Shown in pieces: positions 53,478-55,041 of a stretch of DNA of 55,041 nucleotides (positions within the stretch are counted from its first letter, which is position 1; every line of letters begins with the position of its first letter). The notes under the pieces were generated by a model. It had not been told where the DNA came from. It ran no database searches and saw only the letters and a program-made list of their open reading frames with translations. The stretch comes from a virus. Taxonomy: Duplodnaviria; Caudoviricetes. The position numbers and the translations under genes were made by a program. The stretch lies in the IMG/VR virus record IMGVR_UViG_3300023116_000059, positions 1-55,041 of that record. The stretch is one strand, 5' to 3'.

Positions 53478-53537
53478 ATTATAAGCACCCCTAGGGCACG
53501 TTTGGCGGCATTCCAGACCAGTTCGCCAACTGTCCCC
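53478..53537 (-). promoter_or_regulatory. Early-type promoter, motif copy B
   Basis: minus: GGGGACAGTTGGCGAACTGGTCTG-N30-TATAAT. Confidence 0.7.
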
Positions 53538-53613
53538 ACCTCGCTAGTGTAGACGGGGTGATGAGGCATAGAATAGTGCGCCATGACGTGGTAGTGTGGT
53601 TGTACTAGTTCGA

Positions 53614-53663
53614 GCCGCGATTCTCAATAAGAAAGTCTATTGAGAATGAACGATTGCCGCGGC
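53614..53663. repeat. Intergenic inverted repeat / hairpin
   Basis: GCCGCG-ATTCTCAATA-N8-TATTGAGAAT-N10-CGCGGC. Confidence 0.75.
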
Positions 53664-53669
53664 CGAGTG

Positions 53670-53873
53670 TTACTTAGCGTCAGGGATTAGGTTGATCAAA
53701 GTGTCCTCATCATACACATATTTGATCTCTTCAATCATCTCATCCTCACTCATCTTTTCATACTCATCCATTAAGAAATCATGCGCCAATTGCACCAAGG
53801 TGTCCATATCCATGCCATCGATAATGTGGTTGACATAGTTCTCTTTGAGTTCAAAAAGTTCGAAGTCGTTCAT
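53670..53873 (-). CDS. Small acidic hypothetical protein
   Basis: 67 aa, Y.NHIIDGMDMDTL motif, strongly D/E-rich. Confidence 0.75.
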   Translation of the reverse strand: MNDFELFELKENYVNHIIDGMDMDTLVQLAHDFLMDEYEKMSEDEMIEEIKYVYDEDTLINLIPDAK

Positions 53874-53912
53874 GTTAAGAATGCAGTGATGAATGTGTGG
53901 ACTAAGTTATGC

Positions 53913-54275
53913 TCAGGCGAGCAGCAGAGAGTAAGGCAGATCACCCAATTTCATGCCATTGCGAAACTCAGTCACAAAGAATTCAGTGCCATTGTAGAGA
54001 CGAATGAACCACTGATAGTTCTTTTGAAACACACCCTCACCAGAAATGCCATGCTCACCGAGAATAGCATTGATGCGAGATTTGGTAGTGTTGGATTGCC
54101 AACCACCGTCAAACAGACGCACATAGTTCTCACCTACGTCTGCAATGTGGTTGCCGTGCAGATACACTTTAGACTCACCAGTTTCGGGGTCAAACTCTAC
54201 ACGAGTGTTGTCTTTAGACCAGTTGAGATTGTTGCTGATAGCGGCATTCATCTCACGTTCGATCTTGCGGGTCAT
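53913..54275 (-). CDS. Conserved cyanophage hypothetical protein (120 aa)
   Basis: RKIEREMNAAI...NTRV...VYLHGNHIA...GWQSNTTKSRINA. Confidence 0.8.
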   Translation of the reverse strand: MTRKIEREMNAAISNNLNWSKDNTRVEFDPETGESKVYLHGNHIADVGENYVRLFDGGWQSNTTKSRINAILGEHGISGEGVFQKNYQWFIRLYNGTEFFVTEFRNGMKLGDLPYSLLLA

Positions 54276-54301
54276 GTGAAGCGGTTTTTGAACTTGAAAC
54301 T

Positions 54302-54359
54302 ACAATACAGGAGATGGGGGGCAATGGGGAGAATGGTGGACACTCCCCCAATTGTCACA
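54302..54359 (-). promoter_or_regulatory. Early-type promoter, motif copy C
   Basis: minus: TGTGACAATTGGGGGAGTGTCCAC-N28-TATTGT. Confidence 0.7.
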
Positions 54360-54552
54360 TGCCGAAGAACTCTTCGAACTCGTCAGCGATACGATCGACC
54401 AACCAGTCGCTAGCGTTCACGCTGAACACATCACAGACCCAATCGACGCAATCGTTGAGATCAGTCATGTTAGAACACATGTACTCCCGAAGGGCGGGAG
54501 CGATGTCCAGATCGAACTGCTGGACCATGGAGGAAGTGAGGTTGTTTGTCAT
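54355..54552 (-). CDS. Small acidic hypothetical protein (probable leaderless start)
   Basis: 65 aa; ATG 6 nt after TATAAT. Confidence 0.75.
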   Translation of the reverse strand: MTNNLTSSMVQQFDLDIAPALREYMCSNMTDLNDCVDWVCDVFSVNASDWLVDRIADEFEEFFGM

Positions 54553-54558
54553 GATGAC

Positions 54559-54618
54559 ATTATAGGCACGGGGTTTGGCGATCTGCGAGGCAAAGTGGAC
54601 ACTGCCCCGACTGGCACA
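54559..54618 (-). promoter_or_regulatory. Early-type promoter, motif copy D
   Basis: minus: TGTGCCAGTCGGGGCAGTGTCCAC-N30-TATAAT. Confidence 0.75.
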
Positions 54619-54628
54619 CTAGTTAGTG

Positions 54629-54829
54629 TTAATTAAGCACCACACGATAATCTATAGTCCTGACGCAATATCCTGCAGCAGAGGTAATCTCTTCTACCAA
54701 ATCATCACCATCATCTGCCTCCCAAAATGTGCCCACGTAGTCATCATAAAAGTCCTCACATTCTTGTTCCGTCATGGGATACAAATCATCCCCAAAATCA
54801 AACTCGATGTAGGTAACTTGGAATTGCAT
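54629..54829 (-). CDS. Small acidic hypothetical protein
   Basis: MQFQVTYIEFDF...WEADDGDDLVEEIT..AGYC...IDY. Confidence 0.8.
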   Translation of the reverse strand: MQFQVTYIEFDFGDDLYPMTEQECEDFYDDYVGTFWEADDGDDLVEEITSAAGYCVRTIDYRVVLN

Positions 54830-54864
54830 TGTTGTTAATTAGTGGTGAATGAGTTAGTGTCAGT

Positions 54865-55041
54865 TCAGACCATCACAAGGTCAGGCGACTTCTTTACACT
54901 GAAGGACATAAAGTTGTCACACCCGATAGACATACCCTCAGTGCCAAACTCTTCAACAATCTCCCACGATTCATGGTCTTGTTTGATGATAACAGCACCA
55001 GTACAGTTAGCATCAGCAATGTGTGCCTGATAGAAACCATA
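54865..55041 (-). CDS. 3' part of a hypothetical protein truncated by the window edge
   Basis: Open frame YGFYQAHIADAN...SPDLVMV* ending at TGA 54865-54867. Confidence 0.65.
   Translation of the reverse strand, partial: YGFYQAHIADANCTGAVIIKQDHESWEIVEEFGTEGMSIGCDNFMSFSVKKSPDLVMV

Noticed and set aside
52215-53669. tRNA genes in the intergenic gaps
   Set aside because: No cloverleaf with properly placed D and T arms found by eye; the GTTCGAG at 53608 lacks the surrounding stems
53061-54618. CRISPR-like array from the repeated 24-bp dyad
   Set aside because: Copies are degenerate, hundreds of bases apart and each is tied to a -10 box; no cas genes
3144-55030. Plus-strand ORFs in the track (e.g. 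53781-54413, 28154-28621, 12677-13060)
   Set aside because: They are antisense shadows of well-supported minus-strand genes, with no recognisable motifs

Overview
The window is about 55 kb of a T4-like cyanomyovirus (Kyanoviridae-type) genome, and every credible gene is on the minus strand. In transcription order (right to left) it holds: (i) a GC-richer block of small early-type ORFs (~52.4-55 kb) with four copies of a 24-bp dyad + -10 promoter motif and a solo HicA-like gene, closed by a terminator; (ii) a late structural module under T4-type (C/A)TAAATA promoters: a PAAR-like spike, gp25, gp6, a giant gp7, gp8, a VrlC-like protein, further structural proteins and a 3313-aa tail fibre; (iii) an accessory cassette between the fibre and gp13, with four tandem ~250-aa glycine-rich adhesin-like paralogues, a chaperone-like gene, a flavin-dependent (tryptophan-type) halogenase, a conserved hypothetical and six different 2OG-Fe(II)/JmjC oxygenases; (iv) gp13, gp14, gp15 and gp16. 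The best candidate for an under-described system is (iii), which may be a tail-tip adhesin array with its own halogenation/hydroxylation enzymes. All family calls rest on recognised motifs and synteny; no database search was run.
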